From positions 6,135,186 to 6,199,185 of the forward strand of contig CM082589.2 of the NCBI GenBank assembly GCA_040954595.2: a DNA stretch of 64,000 nucleotides, read 5' to 3'. Positions 10,010 through 25,500 of this stretch are shown here, one piece after another. The translations under genes were made by a program, and so were the position numbers. Below the pieces are notes generated by a model. It saw nothing but the letters and a program-made list of their open reading frames with translations. It did no database searches and was not told the DNA's origin. The number at the start of each line of letters is the position of its first letter. The first letter of the stretch is position 1. This DNA comes from Balanoglossus misakiensis. Its lineage: Eukaryota; Animalia; Hemichordata.

Positions 10010-11807
10010 AGGGGTACAGCGTCGCTACGAGTGTGGAAATGTCTTGACCACCAAATGAATTTACATGAAATACGCGTAAAAACAAACGATTTTAAACACA
10101 GTAATATCTTAGTATTTATAATAAACAATGGTTCAATAAAAGACCTAAATCTTAGACCCTTTGCTACAGATTGAAAATATCAGTTCGCCTTACCAAACCA
10201 GTTCGTAAACTTACCTTGTAATATCATTGTTTTCCACTAGAACAGAATATCTCTTCGTTCGATGATTCAAGTGAAATTACTTGAACGGTCTATAGGCGCC
10301 GATTCAACATGGCCGCGGAAACACAGACAGAAATTTGTTTTTATAGACGTCAGAATCACAAACGCTGGTCTCGTCGGTTGCCACGAAGCCACAGACCAGG
10401 AACTTTGTGTCGCATAGTCTGACAATCTTTAAAAATACCGAGTTTTACCTGGACGACAATGTTTGGAGCAACAACGGTCATAAAGACTAACATTTAGGCT
10501 CTGACATATCACCGGTGCCGCGGTTCATCGTACAATAGGCCTACTCTACTATGTTTGACTGTAACACCTGGTTAATATTTAACCAATCCGGGTCACGGAG
10601 TCACAAGCGGTCACGAAATGACTCATATTTGTAACATTGTTCAACGTTTACGTCGCCCTGGGGTCGCACAGTCCCTCCACGGTTTAGGAGAGTCGCCGTA
10701 GCAACAGAAAGCTTCTATGAAAACCATTTCAACAATACGTATTTGGAAATATTTAAAAATAATAATGATACACAAGAAACAGCGACGAAATCATCACAAC
10801 CCAACATTGGCAGTTTGTCATCTGAATTTGGTACTTAACAAAAGTTTATATTCTTATCAACACGGAGGTCGGGGTGACGTAAACTTAGTGGTCGGGAATT
10901 TCCCAGCCAAATCAAGGAAAGCCTCGGGGCGTTGGTAGCGACAGGTCGGAGTGAAGATATTTTGTGAATTTTATATGTAAAAAAATTCTGCGAACGTTTG
11001 TCAACAACTATGAACTTTGTCCTTATACACACAGACTTGTCCTAAAACAGTGATAAACGTGGGAAAGGTATTGTCAACTCTGTCGGTCAAAGTTCTCTCC
11101 GTATCCGAGCCGCTGTATAGCGTCACAACACCTACAGACATTTTTTCTCTTTGTCTATCTTCACCAGTAAATATGGAGTCGCAAATATTGCATGTAAATC
11201 ATTGACAAAAGGTATCACTGTTGCGAAAGGCCTGAAACCAATATGTTGAGTTGTTCACTTATCAAAATCCATACTTCAATATGGCGACTATTTCAGGGAA
11301 AAGAGTGCAAAGTTTAAAGATCGTTTGAATTTGACACAGCCTATCAATAGACAGATTGATGCAGCGGAAAAAAATGTGAGTGGGCACCATCTGAAAAGGA
11401 AACGATTCAGACGTCTGATTAACCCATCGCCACTGCATTTGACACCCCCCCCCCACACACACATACAACTGGAAGCCGCATGCCGTCACAAAGGGCAGCC
11501 AATCAAGAATCAATATGAAACCGAAACAGATGCAAGAATTATGTTTATCACATGTCAAAAGTAAACACGCCGACTCTTCATCGCAGAACGCCCCAGTTGG
11601 TGACAAATCAAGGTGTGATTTGTGAAAAGGGGGAAAAAACTTTGTCCCTAATATTTTATTATTGGTTTAATTCTAAACCTCCCATTTACAATATGTAAAT
11701 GTAATGTGGAAATCAATGCGCCAGTCATTCATGTTATTTTCTTTTGTTTGCTTATCCATTCTGTCGTTATTTGTTTGCTTCGTACTTATGCCCAAGTTTT
11801 AAAAACG

Positions 11808-14800
11808 TCATTGTGAACTCGTATTCCCTTCACCAGCCGTTTGGTTACTTGCTAAAGCCGAACTATCACCAGCGCCGTGGCTGTAAAACGCCGTCTTGTC
11901 GCTGACGTTGACCGAGACATCGCTGTTCTTCTTGTTCTCAAAATCAGCTTCAACTATTATTTGTCGGTCTTCCGACACGTCATAGCGTCTTCTGTTGAGA
12001 GAAATGAAGGAAAGGGTAAAGTGATTAAAGCAGAGTGAATCCGAATTCTCAAAAATACCATCAAATTGACTCTGATAATTACACTTACGCAGACTACACT
12101 TTTTATGTTCTGTATCGTTGAGAATATCGATAAATGTTCTGATAACTATTCCGTAGGAAAAGAATCAATGCAGTCAACGATATTGGACCTACCTTTTCTG
12201 CCGATAGAGTGTGCAGACGACAGACAATATTCCGACAGCGATTACGATGGCCGCAACCACACAGGCAATTATCAGAATTTGTGATTCTGTAAGTCAAGAA
12301 AGAATGTCTTAGGCCTACCCTCATACAAACTGTGTTGACAGGCGGAACAGTGGATACAGTGGGAAGCTCACCGACTTGTCAAAGAAAACTACTTACGTTT
12401 CAAAGACAACTGAGCTTCCGTCAAGGACTTTTCACTTTTCGGCCGCTGCTCTTCCTTTGGTACGGCGTTAATTTCTGTAGTGCTCGGTTTCTTCGTCCAA
12501 GTACTCGCGGTATCACTGTATGTTGTAGAATTGGTTGAAGAGCTCGGCATATCTTAAAAGAAAATAGCAACATAATAGAATATACCAAACCAATTTCAAT
12601 CCCACCTAACACTTTCCATACTCTAAACGCACGGAAGTTTTGAAGTGAAGCACGTGTTCATAACGCACAGAGCCGCTGGTCCTAACTCAAGATTCTTTGC
12701 TCAGCGGTTTCAAATTGGTTGTACACGTACATACCTGTAGTGTCGTACTCCGTTATGGCAATGTCATCGATGGCAATGTCACCATGGCGATACCCTCCAA
12801 TGACACCCTCTATTATTATCTAAAAAAATAAAATACTGCATGGTCAACCGAAACATATTATATGTATTGGGGGAAAAACATCCCTATGCAAGAAACAAAT
12901 GCACCTACTGGAGCCTTTAATACATAACCCCGGCAAACAGTGTTTAACAGACGGTAGTTCAATGTGTCAAATTCACTTGACTGTACATGTATAATCAGTT
13001 CTGACTCTATGCTTGGATTGATGCAAAATACTCACCTGGTATGTTTGATTGCTGAGTATGACGATCTCAGCACGATGCCACTGGTCGCCTTGGTCACCAG
13101 CACGTGACCAGACCAGCCTCTCGTCCACTCCCTCGGTCGCCAAGTACACATTCAGCGCTCCGATACCAGTGCCGTACATGTGGTAGTGGAACGAAAACAG
13201 TCTGTCCATCCTGTCGTTTTCGTAAAAGGACAAGTGTTTGGAGACAAGTCTTGCGGTGTGGTCCGGATCACGTGACGTTGCCTCGAGGTACATGTAATGT
13301 CCTGGGATGTGAAACAGAAATAATACACCGAGAATTGCAGTACCACTACTTGTCGAAGTCGGTTTTTTTCTCGAAATCAACCACACGTATAAGCTTATTT
13401 GTATCGTGTATATGAATTCAGTAGATATATATTGGCCTACCTGTTTCGTTCCTGTAGGTGTGATCATACAGTGGTCCCGTCATATATGTTGGGGTAGTCG
13501 CCGCTTTCGACGTCCAGTTCAAAATACTGCCATGATAATCTTGGCTGAACAAACTACAGAAGCTTTCAAAATTACATTGTAAAGGGGAATCTGCAACAGA
13601 AGAAATGATATCGTCACGGGTATACATACTGTAGAAGAATCTGGGAATTGCGAGGATGTTATCATTGCTTGCATCGATATCAGGGATAACCAAGGAAACA
13701 CTACAAAAGATAGGCAAGAAGGTTCCCCAACTTGATGGGGAAACAATATGCTTTTAAACATGTTTTGAAGTCGCCATGTTTATACCAGTTGATTTCGTAA
13801 AAATTCACCAAAGAATTGCCATATGTACCTGATTTAAATACGTGTACGTCATCGATGGCTATATCACTTGTCGCCGACACTCCTCGTATGGCTTCGAGAA
13901 CAATCTATGAAAATGGTATATTATACCAGATGTGAATTGAACATCGTTAACATATAGACATTGCCTATCTCTCAGTGCAATATCTGCCTATAAGGGGTCA
14001 GTATCTGCAGTAAGCCTTCATCAAATTTGTTCGGTAGGGTATATGCCAATTACACATGTACATGTACCTTGATTTTACAAGAGACTGTGCTAATCATATA
14101 CATGTATTGTTAATTGTACAAATTAGTAAAGTAAGCTAAATAGCAGCTATTAAGGTGACACTGCTAACAATCTCACAGTTGCACGCTTTATGGACAATTT
14201 CTAACTATAAATCCTACCCGAAAGTCTTGATCAATGTACAACACTAAATCTGCGCGAATCCAGCTCTCTCCCTGGTCGCCGTGCGCACTCCACAGAAAGC
14301 GCTCTCTACGGCCTGGGCTGTCCACGTACACGTTCAACTGCCCCGTTCCATTGCCGTGCATGTGGTAGTAGAAACTGATGAGGAAGATGCCCTGGGACTC
14401 CGACTGAAACCATGGAGACATCAAACGCGCTTCCTGGTCCCGAGAAACGCCACTCGCCTCAAAATACATGTAATAGTCTGCAAAAATTGAAACGTTTAGA
14501 CAGTGGTTAAACTACGGGCAGTGTCTAAACTTTGTGGTTTACTTGTGGACCCACTCTCAGGCTTTGCGAGATGTAGAGCGCTGTCATTTGCATGTGTACA
14601 AGGATTATCGATAAGTGCGTTAATAACACAATTTGCGTTTTCAAGGTTTTCATGCATTATGCATGCTTTACCTCCGTTCGTAGTTCGGTCATCTGCTGGA
14701 CCTGTCCCCTCCGTATGCGTCCGGCCGGCTTTCCTTGTCCAATCGAGTACGTCAGTCCTGTCCTGCGAAAACCCACAGATGCTGTCCGACTCGAAATTGC

Positions 14801-15062
14801 AGTAGAAAATTCGCTGCCCTGGAAAAAAGAAACGGGTCAGGCGTTCAAATAACTGGCCACTACAGAATGTTGAGTGACCGTGTGGTCGCGGTCCTTTGTA
14901 CGAGTCATCATCGTATAGTCAAACTGGATAGACAGACCACCATACAAAAAGTAGTCAAGCTATAAGGAATGTTTACTCACATCTGCCATAGGTGATGTCC
15001 AACCACATCAATATCAGCAAGGTAACAAACCACATAGGCAGTCTTTTCACACCTGCCTTCAT
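11808..15062 (-). CDS. Type I membrane protein: signal peptide, two MAM domains, S/T stalk, TM, short tail
   Basis: Signal exon MKAGVKRLPMWFVTLLILMWLDITYG (~14981-15062). MAM motifs CNFES, GPLYDHT, YMYFEAS/YMYLEAT, FYYHMHG..GQLNVY, GDQGESW/GDQGDQW, DIAIDD. Stalk exon ~12397-12552, TM exon 12193-12286, last exon to TGA at 11808. Confidence 0.88.
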
Positions 15063-16595
15063 TTTGAAGTGCAGCGCAGGTGTTCTGACAAGAAAGAAAC
15101 CAGTCGTGGCGTCACATGCGCACACTACGGATCTTTAAAAGTACTGACGGCCGTAACCCTTGAAAGAACTGAAAGTCTTGGCCCCCAAATAACTTTACAG
15201 TATGCTCGGTCAACGAAATCGTCCTTGACGAAATAATGGAAAATCTATAGGTAGAATTAATCCACTGATCTCTTAACCTTCAACCAAACAGTCAATAAAA
15301 CGGACATGCAAGGTTAGTGTCCAAAGCACCAGGGTGCCAAAATAAAACAATGATATTTGTTGTGAGATTGTTCTTTAATTTCCCGTACCTGCTGTTATGG
15401 ACATCTAACATGATTTCGATTTGTGTGTGTGTGTTACCTTGATGATCACGGCCAATGACAATTTTACAGTGACTTCAACAATTGGCATTCATCGCATATA
15501 CACTGTATAGTTCTTAGTTGCTCGCAAAATCTTAGCAAGGCCGCTCGTTAGTAGTACAATGTACATGTACAACATGTATTAGGCCTGTGGTGTAATACAA
15601 CATATGAACACTAAACAATACTCAACCTTCCGGCGAGCGCCTAACAAAGGCAATTGTCCTCCACTTACGAACTAAACATTGTCTAGACGATAATGGCACT
15701 TTTAGTTTTACATGAGAACAGCGTATCAGAGAAATGCGTTTTGACAACGGAAGAGCACTTTGATATAAATTAAACTAAAATAGAATAAAAAAGGAACAAT
15801 ACCTCCACTCGACAGTTATTAGCAGACACGGCTCAAAACATTCACAAAAGATCTGTATACTTTGGTTTCTTATTTTTTCTTCGGTGGCAGGAAGTTTAAC
15901 ATCAGAGATATTCTTTATCGTGGTTTTTGCAAATAGGCCTACAAGGTTGCCGAAATCCTGGTAATCTTATGTCATACAGCAGTTCTCTGTGTTCACAACA
16001 AACAATATCCAAACCTGCTGCCTATTATCCGTGGATTATAACTGGTGACCGTTATGTAAGCTATTGGACCTGACAGACTAAAATAACTGTCAAATTATTG
16101 GCGTCAGCTGGTTCGATTCGGGGCTCCCGTGTTCACAGCACAGCTGTTAATGAAGTGGCAATGTGTGTTTTTTGCACGCATTCTCGATATTTCAAGAATG
16201 GCTGATTGGACTTGGTCAGAGTAGGCAGAAAAGAAGTTTTAGAATGACAAAGAGAGGAATGTTTTTTTTGTGAAACCCTAGGTTGCATAGCTATGATTAG
16301 AGTCGGCTGTCTAGGAAGTTTGCAATGATCATATTTTGATTGAAACTAAATGTGATGATTGGTAATGAAAATATTTATCTCTACAAGTAAAAGTTTATAG
16401 AAATGTAAAAGTGTGCTGAGTATTTATAAAAAAACATACTACAGACATAAATTTGCGATGAAAAAAAGTAATGGTTCGTTTATTTACGAAAGCAATTAAA
16501 TTACATACATATACTCTTTGATGCATGAAAACCACAATAGTACGCATAATAATGTCTATATCACTGCTTTGTGATTTCTTTGACGACACGACTTG

Positions 16596-19500
16596 CTACA
16601 TTTGTCCAATATGACTTCCTCCTCTACCCCCACGACTGGCACTTGGTGCGTGACCTCTCCCTGAAATCAAAGCAAGAAAAATTACGTGAATATTTAGCTG
16701 TCATTTAATCTGAATCTCTCTATACACATTTTATTTACAAATGCGGGGTTCTGCCTTGGGTGACTTTTGTCCTGGCTGCTCATTAATATTCACGCTCATT
16801 AATATTCATACTAATTAATATTCATGTGTGTTGCAAAGTCATATCCATTCATGGATGAATCAAAATGAGACAATAGACTAGATTGAGTACACGTAGAAAA
16901 TCAATATAAAAAAGTGAAATTCTCAATATAAAAATGTTAGATTCATATCAATATAAACATTCGAAATTCATGATATACAAAGTTCAAAACTGACCTGATC
17001 CCCTGGATGCTGGCCTTCGAAGGATTCTTCTCGAGCTGGACCCTCTCGCGCGCTGGAAACCTGCTCTCTGACGACTGGTTGATACAACACCTGTGGAAGC
17101 AGAACCTGTAGTGGCTGAACTTTGACCCGGACCGGGCCTCCTTGCATCGCTGTCACTCCACACAATTCTGGCTGGTTTGGGCTTGCCACCTGTTGATATC
17201 AAATAGAGAAAATATTGTCATTTGTCTCTAACCCTTTCAACCCAGTTTCCTCTATAGAGGTCCATCTTTACCACAGAAAACAATGGATTTGGACCAAACT
17301 ATGGCAGTGACAGGGTTGAAGGCCAATCTAAGTCATGATATTTAGCATTACACTGCACAGAATGGAGAGGATCTTAGTTTTAAGAAGGCGAACTCAATAT
17401 TCCTGGCAGCTGACTGACTTACCTGTCTCTTGGGCTGCTCCATTTCCAGGTCCACTATCTGCCTTCTGTTGGGTGCTCTCAGCTGCACTGGTCGCATCTT
17501 GTGATTTGTCGTCGTCGTCATCGGCAAGATCAATCACTGGTTCCCCTTGCCCACCTCTGAAAATAAACATTTAACAGAATACAGTCATTTCTAAGTTACA
17601 TTACGTTCTGTGCTCCATCGCTAGCAGCAGCCGGGTATTTTGGACAACCTTGTGTCAGGTATGTTAAAGGTATACGGTTCACCTCCAATTTACATACGCC
17701 CATATATGGCTGAAATGGAGTATTTGAGCGTTCTAAAGAACATATGGTGGCGCTCTTTTTTTTTCGCGTGTGCCACCCACTGAAAATCGGTGATTGGCTA
17801 GATCTCAATTTGCCATGGTAGCTACAGCTAATTTTCCATAGGTGACCGTATACCTTTAAGAGTGACTCGAGCGATAAACAAGAAAGTGTCTCTTACTCCT
17901 CTTGTGCTCCTTCTTCTTCATCTTCTTCGTCGCCTTCATCTTGTTCTAATTCCACGAAAGGTACGGATGATTGGTCGTCCTGTTCTGTTGCATCCTGGCT
18001 CTCCCCGGCATCCTGACTGTCGGCGTCCAACTCCACAAACTGCACGGACGACGACTGGACGTTCCTGTCTCCGGTCGCCACGTCAACGCTCTCGCTGCTG
18101 CTGGGCGTGGTGGCCGTGGTGGCTATGACCGACACCGGCACCGACTGGGAGCTCTCCTCCTGGGCGTCGCCGGCCGCTTCCGGCGTGGGGAATTGAACCA
18201 CGGGGGAATGCACCTGCAGCGGGGTGGTGGGAACGCTGCGACCGCCGGCCTCTTCCTCGCCCAGGATGTCAATGTGTGTGTCGTCCATTCCGAGGGCTGT
18301 GGAAGAAAGTGACGATAGACATGAAGGGACCACGTCTGCTTATTGATAAACTCCTAGAACTCAACAGATACATGGACAGACGTTGGCCATATATATACTG
18401 AATAAACGTATTCATTCATTCATTCATTCATGGACAGACTAGCATCTAGTGGATGATCTGTGATTCAGCATGATACTACTGAGCAATATGACTCACTGTA
18501 ACAGAATTTTTGTGAAATCTAATGTTATCCATTATATTAGATCACTTTTACAGTAATTGTGGTGTAATTTCATATATTCTGTATACTCTTCAAATTCTCA
18601 AAGAGAAGTCTTTGATGTGTACATACCTCCCTGAGTTGCTAGCTGTGCAAGCACCTGTCTTGGTCCCTCTTCTGGTGGGTTGAATTGAAAACGATTGTGC
18701 TGGATCTGTGGAGAACTACAGGGCAAGATGCAAACATTCAGTTTTTTAGTAGGAGTTTTCTGTAATCTCTATGGGCGAAGTGGATATTTCTTCATACAAT
18801 TTCTGTATCCATGATTCCAAAACCAGACACCGAAAACTATTATGTGATGAGAGCATTTTCAAAAGCAACATTTTGCAAACTTACTTCAGTGCCTCAGCAA
18901 AGCCATCCGTTCGTTTTGGTACAAACAGTGTTGGCGTACTTGGAACAGTGCAGTCGTCGCCAACGTCCTCAAAGGGTGCCCCTGACCCTTGACCCTGTGT
19001 TACCAAAGAGAGGCAGAGTCACATGACTGTTGAAGACTTAACTTTTTGGTACAACAGCAACTAGAACATGTGGACACAAGTTCACGTTTGTAACAAATAA
19101 ACAAACAAACAACAACAACAACAAACTATATATGAAATCCGTATGCAATACTAACCACAAAGGAAAACTGAGGAAGAGTTCTTCCCAGTGACGGCAGTCT
19201 CTCAGTTCTTAATGGCAGTCTCTGTAATCAGAAAATTGACATTACAAATGAAAAACAGATTATGCAAGGAATATAAGATTCCAAACAAAGGACATCAGAT
19301 TTTAACATGGTATAAGTGATGTACATAATATCCCAACTGACATACATGCACCATGATTTCCCTTACCTGCATTGGTACTTGTTGTCCCTGGGCCTCTTGG
19401 CTGCTTTGCTGGGGTGATGGTTGTTGGTGAGATGTTGCCTGTTGTTGCTGCTGCTGGTCAGGCTCTGGTGGGACGACATGGATCTGGATTTGTGGCGGTT

Positions 19501-22500
19501 GTCTGGTTAGCTGTCCGTTGCCTGGTGGTTGGTGAACATCTGGTTGTCCATCACTCTGGGCTTCCATCTCCACCTGATCAATATGGTTGTCATCATCTCC
19601 TGCACAGAAATCACACAAGCTATTGAGCAATGGAGGGTAACTTGAATTTTCTTCTCATCCTATCTGACAGGAAAGTATTGTCATATTTGGTCAAAAATGT
19701 GATTTTTGTGTCCTACAAAATGCTGCCAAGATTTAACCATCATGATTAAGTTTATTATAGGGTTTGTCAGCCATATCTAGAAAAACATCCATGGCAATGA
19801 TGACCACACTCAGGTGCTACATGCCATGTCTATCTACGGTACCTCCAGTGCCACTGGCGCTATTTTTACCCACCTATGATCTCAACATCATCGTCATCAC
19901 CAACATCATCACCATCGTCCATTTGTTGCTCTGGTTCAACATCCTCTTCATCCATCCCCTCTACCTCAATCTCCTCCTCTTCCTCCTCCTCCATCTCAGC
20001 CTCCTCCCCCTCTTCATAGGCATCAACGACCTGCAGAGAAAATCGTTGCTGAATGTATACCTACACATCACGCTTGCCCCTGTGTTGTCGGACATGGCCA
20101 TTCCCACATAGAGATTAAAGGGACATTAGCTGTAACTTTTGACTATTTTTTATTACTTGTGTTCTGTGTACTAACTCCAGTTTCCTATGCTTACCCGCAC
20201 ATAATGCTCAAGTGTCCAGTATTCTGATTGTCAACGTAGCCTACACATGTGAAATGACCATTGTTATTGTTGACAATTGAATTCTAGTCCGGACTAGAAT
20301 ACAAACTTTCAACAATAACAATGCAGATTGTACTCATATAGGGCATGTTAATGAACAAAATACTGAGCATTTCATCATGGTTCAGGGATTCCAACCAGAA
20401 ACTGTAGTTGATACATAGAACAAACAAAATAAGAAAATGACCAAAAGATACAGCTAATGGATCTTTAATTAAACACACAATAAGACTTTAGTCTCTTTCC
20501 CTTGATTTCAGCCATAATGAACTCCAGTACGTGACTCCTGGATATGGTGCAGACGATAAGAAACGAATGATAGAAACCTAAAATTTGTCTTTCTTTACCT
20601 CATAGTCATCAGTGCCCTCAACCTCTACATCACCCTCATGGACATAACCCCCTTCATCGTAAACATCATCTTCTTCCTCCCCCTCATATCCCCCTTCCTC
20701 CTCATCCTCCTCATCGTCTTCCTTGACATGCCACTGTGCCTCTTCTTCCACCTGCCAGGTCAAATAAAGAGACAGATTCAGAAAACCTGTTTTTGGCTGA
20801 GTATCGTGTAGAAATTCTTATGTTGATACTGTAGGCTTTACCCATCACGTATCAGCATAATAGTGGATAGGCACTAGTACTAGTAGCTGGCAAAAAATGG
20901 CTAACCTTCCTTGCCTTTTCTGGCCAGCTGTTGTTACAATTTTTTTCAAGCACAGTACCTGATAATTCTCCTCAGAATCACTGTCTAAAACTATGATGAC
21001 ATCATCTTCCTCTTCTTCTTCTTGGACACTAGGGGGCACTGTTTCTATGGCTGCCTGCTCGTGCGGTTCTTCCACTATCTCCTGGACGTGTTCTGCTGCG
21101 GGTTCCTCTGATTCTGGAACAGTTTCAGTGGCTTCTGCGATATCATCGGGAAGTCCTTCTTCCTCCTTTTATGAAATAAAACATGTTTTTGACAAATGGT
21201 GATCAAATTGGTATCTATAATAATCTATCCACTCGAAAACCTGCCCAAAATCTGATTTCAATTTTTTTCCATTTGGCAACCCATGTAATGAGTGTAACCT
21301 AATGTTTACAGCATCATTTATGTTTACTCAAGGTCTATTCTCATGTTCACTACCCACCTCAACCGTTTCAAGTTTCTGCTTCTTGCCTTCGGGTGTTGCT
21401 GGCCTGTCTTCTTGCTCCTGTCCACTGTTAAATAGAGAGAAGAATAACGGTAAAACACAACACAGATAAATTGTCTTTTATAAACAACACTGCACCCATA
21501 TGAACTCAGCATGTAACAGGCTATAATGAAAGCAACTGACATGGGGATACTCACGTTTCCGACTCGTCTCGTGGTCTTTTATTTGAAGCTGACAGAGTGG
21601 CAGTGGTTGCGGCGACTGGTGCAGTGGTTGGTGCCACCACAGATGTTGTAGCCACTGCTGCTGCAGAAACAGGTGCAGGGACAGCAGTTGCTGCTGCAGT
21701 TGGTTCCGCATCGGTCGGGGTGACAATAATTTGTGGAAGGCTTGCTGGCGTGACTGCATCAACTGAAACAAAAAACATTGCAAACTTGAAGCAGTACTTA
21801 CAATGACTCACATCAGTCAAACCTATGTTAGTGACCACCTGTATATAGTGGCCACTTTGTTACACTCCCTGTGCAATTTACATGTGCATTAATCGACCTG
21901 TATGCTAAGGCCACCTGTCTATAAGAGCCTGTATGATTTTATATGTCAAAAATAACAAATAGTTTGAAAGATAGAGTTGAAAAAAAGGTTATTTTATGGA
22001 ACTAAACTACACTACATTTTGTATGATGCCTTAGGGAAATTTCCACGCATACAGTCTCAACACATCTGATCTGATCAGACCAACCTTGTTCCGGCACCTC
22101 TTCCACTCCGTCTTGAGTTGCTTCAATCTCTTCCGGAACCACCACCTCGTCCTCCGCATCATCCGGGATCACTTCTGCCTCGGGCTCACTGACCGGCACC
22201 GGTGCCTGCTGCGTCGGTTGCACGGCCTGCACCGATTCTGCGTCGCGTTCACCCACCAACGACGGCATTTGCTGCGTCGGCTGTACGGCCTGCACCGACT
22301 CCTGCGTCGCCTCCCGATCACTCATCGGTGGCGTTTGCTGGGTTGGTTGCACTGGCTGCACTGGCGATGGCATTATGATCATCACGGGCGTCTCGCTGGC
22401 CTGCTCCGCTGGTTCTGGTAGGACAAAATGTCATTCTCAATGATAAGTGTCAATCATAACCTTTTGTTATGAGAATGCTTTGTCTGTGAATAACGATCAA

Positions 22501-25500
22501 TCAAGCAGTGTTTCAACATGTATGATATCCTGTACTGCCACATGAATGCGATCATCAAAAAATTTACACAGTGACCCCTGGTTTTAACACAGATATGAAC
22601 AAAACTTTGAAAGATTATACATTGTATATACAAATTTGTATTCTAGTCCGGACTAGATGTCATTTGTCAAAAATAACAATGGCAGTTGCACATATACAGG
22701 ACAAGTGGGGTACTGTTTGGAGTAGAACAACAAATTGCATTTGGTACACAGAACAAAAATACCGCAAATAAAGCCAAAAGATACAGTTAATGTAACTTTA
22801 AACCATGTCACTATCATGACATTACCTTGGGTACTTTCCATCTGAGCGATAGATGCTGCTGGACTATCAATGGTCGTTGGCATGACTGTGGCAGTGGGGG
22901 TTTGAGAGACCGCTGTGACCGTGGCAGTGGCTGTACTGATGGCCATAGGCCGGATGCTGGCGGTCACTTTGGCTTGACCGGCCGATGAGGTGGTTGGTTT
23001 GGTGGTCGATGATGGTCCCGGTGAGGCCATCGGTTTGATGTTGGCTGTCGGTGGTGGCTCCTCACGAGATGCGCTGAAGGAGAGAATGAAATATTTTAGG
23101 CGAGGGAAAAATAAAATACCAGCTTTTACACATTGGCACAAACCAGAGACATATTTTGTGATCATTACACAAAGCCCATGCAACACACACTGCAGGAATT
23201 CCTTACCTCGGTCTTTCTGTCGCTGCCACTACCTGCTGCGTGGCTTGTTGTTGCTGCTGTTGCTGTTCTTGGAACTGTTTCTGTTGACCTTTCAGCACCT
23301 TTTGGACTTCTTGGAGCTGAGAAAAAAAAGAGACAATAAATGAAGAGTCCCACAAAATGACAAAACAACTGAGCACCATAGTATACACAGCAAATGTACA
23401 GCAGATCATTTTAGACTCCCCTTCTTAACAACATTCATCTATTGAAATATCAAAAATGATTGATTAATGTGGATCAGGATTACTAACTCTTTTCGAAACA
23501 GTCAATACCCCACTTTTGAAATGTTCACATACGTGGGACTGGGGTAGGGTCCTTGGTTCCCCTGAATAATATATTTAGTTTTATTTTACATTCAAAACAT
23601 TTGAATTCAATTTGTGGGTGCATGATGGATGGATGAAAGATGGATGGATTGATGGCTAGATGGACAATTTCCTCACCTTATGTTTAAACTGCTCAATTTC
23701 TTTTTGCAGTTCTTCTTTCTCCTTCTCCAGCTGTTCATTGGACGCTCTCACCTGCTCCAGTTGTTGCACAGACTGTTCATATTTTGCCGTTATTTCTCTG
23801 TTCGTCTCCTCGGCCGATTTCTCGAGGCTGCCCACTCTGGTCTTCAGCTCGTCGATCTCAGACGCTTGTTTGTCTCTCTTGTCTGCAAGAGAAAAATATC
23901 CAGCGTGAAATGTGTCTTCCCATACTGACAGCTATTCAACATTCCATGAGTTCTTTCAGTGGCTTCCATTTTGAAAAAAAATAATGCCATTCTCCAATGA
24001 CAATGAATTCTTACCTGACAACAGGGTAATCTTCTGTCTTGCATTCATCAACAATTTCTTTGTTTTCTCGTCTTTCTCAGTTAGCTGTGTCTACGAGTCA
24101 AACACAAAACACAGTGTTACCAGGAGGGTGTTAACGATGGATATGTTACAGTACAGATCAAGTGTCATTTTCTGATTAGTTAACACTGGGCTGAAAATAG
24201 GCTGGCATTTCGTTCACTCACCTTCATAGTTTCTTCAGCTTCCTTTGATTTCTTCAAATCCTACAGAGCAAACAAGCGCAAGATTTTGTTATCACCCATG
24301 CCAGATTATTTCACAGGTCTTACACCAGGCATGATGAAATGTTTCTACAGTCTGCAAAAAATCACCAGAAAGTTAACCATGCACTGATATGTGTGCACTC
24401 TAGTTGAGGCACACAAACTATTGAAAGAAAATGTCAGATTTTTCAGCGAACGTCCCTTTTGATAGTTTGCAAGACCACCCCGACGTCAAGAAACACTAAC
24501 CTCTGATATTTTGCTGACTTCAGCCTTGAGCTTACTGATCTCTTCAGTCTGACCCTTCATCGCTTCGTCCTTGGCCTTGATCTGACCTTCCAGTTCAGTG
24601 ACTTTACCTTCAGCAGCAGCGGTAGCCGTAGCAACGGTCGTCGTAGACGCCACAGCCGCAGGCTCTTTCGGTTCTTCCGCCGATTTCTCCTTGACTTCAT
24701 TCTTGAGTTCTTCGTACTGCGCTTTGTAGCGCCTGCCAATTTTCTTGACCTACAAATGCATCATACACATGTTACTACGCAGAAAAAAGTTCCACACCTG
24801 AAAATTCCAGTTAAGGGGAAAAATGTTACATCAAAAGCTAAACTGTTCATCAACATGCCACATTGTACATGGCATTAAGAGTCTGCTTTCCTGCTTCATT
24901 GAATATTGCAAACACCCGTCTACAATACCTGTGCAATTGTTTTATTTTTATTGTCCATTTCGACATTTTTGGCTTCAAGTTCTTTCTTCACATTCTGCAG
25001 CTCCCTTTTGGAATTTTCCAACTCTTCCCTAGAGATAAAGTAAAAACCGAACAATGATGACGACACTACTATACTGATGATTCATTGTGTTATAATAAGT
25101 ACATGTAAAAGATTTGATTAGTCCAACTATCCCCTGAATTATGCAGCAAACCAAATGTAAGCAGTGCATTAACATTATTGAACTGCACACATGGAAACTA
25201 TATGCAGGTACATTCACAAAAAGCAGTGTGTGTACCACCAAAGCAGAATCAGTGCAACCATGAAAGCAGAATACACTTACTTGACTTTAGCCGATTCCGT
25301 TTTGGCGTTCCTTGCTTCTGTCCTGAAGGGAGAGACACGCAAAATTAATATCACAAACAGATAATCTGATCATTAACCCTTTCACCTCCCAGTTCCCTCT
25401 TCAGAGGTCCTACCTTACCATAGAAAACAACAGGCTTGGACTGAACCATGGTGATGAAGGGGTAAACTGACACATAAGTGTTCTGCAGCCGTCACACGGA

